Source: a phage
Sequence record: PZ049724.1
Strand: one strand, 5' to 3'
Length of the DNA stretch: 1,379 nt
Shown here: piece after piece, positions 1 through 1,379 of the stretch
How the letters are laid out: each line of letters opens with the position of its first letter
Position numbering within the stretch: position 1 is the stretch's first letter
Position numbers and translations under genes: made by a program
The notes under the pieces: generated by a model
The model's database searches: none
What the model was told of the DNA's origin: nothing
Seen by the model: only the letters and a program-made list of their open reading frames with translations

Positions 1-16
1 CGCGATGAGTTATGGT

Positions 17-31
17 GATTTCTGGTGTATG
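17..31. repeat. Candidate left terminal inverted repeat (IRL)
   Basis: Positions 21-31 (tctggtgtatg) are the exact reverse complement of 1365-1375 (catacaccaga). Extended over 17-31 versus 1365-1379, 12 of 15 positions match. A further gapped match (caggc at 36-40 versus 1355-1359) suggests the repeat may extend inward to about 25 bp. Confidence 0.45.
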
Positions 32-91
32 GAAGCAGGCTGAAGGGGTGGCGTATCCTGTTGGTTGATCACCGCGACGATCACAACCAAC

Positions 92-97
92 AGAGGA
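92..97 (+). promoter_or_regulatory. Shine-Dalgarno-like ribosome binding site (AGAGGA) for the transposase ORF
   Basis: Purine-rich AGAGGA sits 10 nt upstream of the ATG at 108-110. Confidence 0.5.
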
Positions 98-107
98 ATG
101 ATACGCC

Positions 108-821
108 ATGTCCAAGTCTAACCTGCATGCTCTTTCACAGCCAGAGATGACTAGCAATGACCCGCTGCACGAGCTGATTCGGCAAGGTGCGCGTGACCTG
201 ATTGCCCGGGCAGTTGAGACAGAGCTCGAAGGTCTCTTGAGCCAGTACGCTGACATCAAGACGGCCGATGGCCGGCAGGCGGTGGTACGCAATGGGTATC
301 TTCCCAAACGCACCATCCAGACCGGTGTTGGCGATGTGGAGGTTCAGGTGCCCAAGGTCCGGGATCGCAGTGGTGCCGGCATACGCTTCAATAGCCACCT
401 GCTACCGCCTTATCTGAAACGAGCGAGGAGTATGGATGAGCTGATCCCATGGCTGTACCTACGGGGTATCTCGTCGGGCGACTTCCAGGAGGCCCTCAGC
501 GCTCTGGTCGGCGAACAGGCCAAGGGCCTATCGGCCAACACGGTGTCCCGGCTCAAGGCGCAATGGCTTGATGAGCACAAGGATTGGCAGCGGCGGGATC
601 TGAGCCAGACGCGTTACGTCTATTGGTGGGCAGACGGCGTGTACAGCAATGTCCGCTTGGATGACCGGCTTTGCCTGCTGGTAATTATCGGCGTCACTGA
701 GCATGGCCATAAGGAGCTGGTAGCTGTTGAGGACGGCCACCGGGAGTCCGAAGCCAGTTGGCGAGAGCTGCTGACTGGGCTGAAGGAACGAGGCCTGGAG
801 CCTTCCCCAAACTTGCCGTAG
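108..821 (+). CDS. IS256-family transposase, N-terminal segment (237 aa), containing the first catalytic Asp (WWADGVY) and ending at a premature TAG
   Basis: ATG start with upstream SD. The translation has the family pattern as I recall it: an N-terminal helical region (ELIRQGARDLIARAVETELEGLL), RNGY...VP(K)(V)R motif, YVYWWADG first-Asp motif, and LLVIIGV...ELV. The frame ends at TAG 819-821, before the second Asp and the Glu. Confidence 0.8.
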   Translation: MSKSNLHALSQPEMTSNDPLHELIRQGARDLIARAVETELEGLLSQYADIKTADGRQAVVRNGYLPKRTIQTGVGDVEVQVPKVRDRSGAGIRFNSHLLPPYLKRARSMDELIPWLYLRGISSGDFQEALSALVGEQAKGLSANTVSRLKAQWLDEHKDWQRRDLSQTRYVYWWADGVYSNVRLDDRLCLLVIIGVTEHGHKELVAVEDGHRESEASWRELLTGLKERGLEPSPNLP

Positions 822-1360
822 GCGACGGCGCCCTTGGCTTCTGGAATGCCCTGAGCAAGGTGTTTCCTGATACCCGTCATCAACGGTGCTGGGTTCACAA
901 GACCGCCAATGTGCTGGACAAGCTGCCCAAGTCGGTGCAGCCAAAGGTGAAGTCAGCACTACACGAGATCTACCTGGCGGAGACCCGTGACAGCGCTCAC
1001 AAGGCGTTTAACAGCACCTTGAGCCGGTTCCGGGACAAGTACCCGAAGGCCATGGAGAACCTGGAGAAGGATCGCGACGAACTGCTGGCCTTCTATGATT
1101 TTCCGGCGATTCACTGGATTCACTTGCGGACCACCAACCCGATCGAATCCACCTTCGCCACCGTACGACTGAGGACCAAGCGGAGCCGGTCTTGCGGCTC
1201 CCGCGACACCACGTTATCGATGGTATTCAAACTGCTCCAATCCGCTCAGAAACGCTGGAAGCGAATAAAGGGATTCGATCAACTGAAGCTGGTCGTGGAC
1301 AATGTTCAGTTTCAAGATGGAATACAGGTGGATAATCAATCGGACAGGAACGCTGCCTGA
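758..1360 (+). CDS. IS256-family transposase, C-terminal segment in the -1 frame, containing the second catalytic Asp (LAVGDGALGF) and the catalytic Glu (TTNPIESTF, with R seven residues later)
   Basis: The ORF-track start at 758 is a TTG with no convincing RBS. The transposase-like sequence begins about codon 800-812 (PKLAVGDG...). There is no in-frame ATG or GTG before the second Asp, so this segment is probably expressed only as a fusion with 108..812, or not at all. Stop TGA is at 1358-1360. Confidence 0.75.
   Translation: MARAADWAEGTRPGAFPKLAVGDGALGFWNALSKVFPDTRHQRCWVHKTANVLDKLPKSVQPKVKSALHEIYLAETRDSAHKAFNSTLSRFRDKYPKAMENLEKDRDELLAFYDFPAIHWIHLRTTNPIESTFATVRLRTKRSRSCGSRDTTLSMVFKLLQSAQKRWKRIKGFDQLKLVVDNVQFQDGIQVDNQSDRNAA
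806..812 (+). other. Candidate -1 frameshift site: heptamer C_CCA_AAC (X_XXY_YYZ pattern) at the junction of the two transposase frames
   Basis: In frame 0 the codons are CCA (807-809) and AAC (810-812). A 1-nt backward slip re-pairs them to CCC and AAA. GGAG at 797-800 lies 5 nt upstream and the frame-0 stop TAG lies 7 nt downstream. Equally compatible with a 1-nt indel in the C4 run at 805-808. Confidence 0.35.
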
Positions 1361-1364
1361 TGGT

Positions 1365-1379
1365 CATACACCAGATTTG
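1365..1379. repeat. Candidate right terminal inverted repeat (IRR)
   Basis: Reverse complement of 1365-1379 is caaatctggtgtatg, matching 17-31 (gatttctggtgtatg) at 12 of 15 positions with an 11-bp exact core. The transposase stop codon (1358-1360) lies directly beside it, as is common for IS elements. Confidence 0.45.

Larger units (their letters stand above)
108..1360 (+). pseudogene. Alternative interpretation of the same locus: a single transposase gene disrupted by a frameshift (frame 0 for 108..812, frame -1 for 812..1360)
   Basis: The two ORFs together reconstruct a complete transposase of about 417 aa, with D176, D240 and E347 in fusion numbering. The frame change falls at a C4 homopolymer (805-808), a typical site for indels or sequencing errors. 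IS256-family transposases are normally single ORFs. Confidence 0.4.
17..1379 (+). mobile_element. IS256-family insertion sequence, near-complete copy with a two-frame transposase gene
   Basis: Transposase-like coding sequence fills 108..1360. Imperfect inverted repeats lie at both edges (17-31 and 1365-1379). Leader length (about 90 bp) and element size (about 1.36 kb) are typical of IS256-family elements. Exact termini are uncertain by a few bp and the right flank is outside the window, so no target-site duplication can be checked. Confidence 0.6.

Noticed and set aside
40-107. Sigma70-type promoter upstream of the transposase ATG
   Set aside because: Only weak hexamers are present (for example TTGATC at 65-70) and none has a plausible -10 at 16-18 bp spacing. 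A promoter probably exists here or is created at an IS junction, but I cannot place it from the sequence.
135-398. Minus-strand ORF of 87 aa lying antisense within the transposase N-terminal coding region
   Set aside because: It is fully embedded antisense in a well-supported coding region, has no recognisable motifs and no obvious RBS. Open antisense frames of this size are expected by chance in GC-rich coding sequence.
758-760. TTG at 758 as an independent translation start for the second ORF
   Set aside because: There is no Shine-Dalgarno-like sequence upstream, and the first 15 or so codons overlap ORF1 without resembling transposase sequence. The ORF-track start is most likely just the first start-like codon after the previous stop in that frame.
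813-860. Strong stem-loop or pseudoknot downstream of the slippery heptamer
   Set aside because: By eye only short 4-bp GC stems are available (815-818 with 826-829; 821-824 with 829-832). This is not enough to claim a stimulatory structure without a folding computation.
528-959. Minus-strand ORFs of 143 aa (528..959) and 92 aa (620..898), antisense across the transposase frame junction
   Set aside because: The translations are Pro/Arg/Ser/Gln-rich and low in complexity, typical of antisense reading of GC-rich coding DNA, with no convincing start context. Not supportable as genes from sequence alone.
1-1379. tRNA, rRNA, CRISPR repeats, or cargo genes such as resistance or toxin genes
   Set aside because: No repeat-spacer periodicity, no tRNA-like cloverleaf segments, and the coding capacity is fully accounted for by the transposase. 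Nothing supports features beyond the IS itself.

Overview
The window is essentially one insertion sequence of the IS256 (Mutator-like DDE) transposase family, about 1.36 kb, on the + strand. Its transposase reading frame is broken into two overlapping ORFs: 108..821 (frame 0) carries the N-terminal region and the first catalytic Asp, and 758..1360 (frame -1) carries the second Asp and the Glu. Joining them at a CCCAAAC heptamer (806-812) would give a transposase of about 417 aa with IS256-like D-D-E spacing. The sequence cannot tell me whether this is a programmed -1 ribosomal frameshift, which would be unusual for this family, or a 1-nt indel in a C4 run (pseudogene or sequencing error). An exact 11-bp inverted repeat near both edges of the window (21-31 and 1365-1375) looks like the terminal inverted repeats. 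No RNA genes, CRISPR arrays or cargo genes are evident. The family assignment rests on remembered motif patterns, not a database search, and I could not name the specific element.
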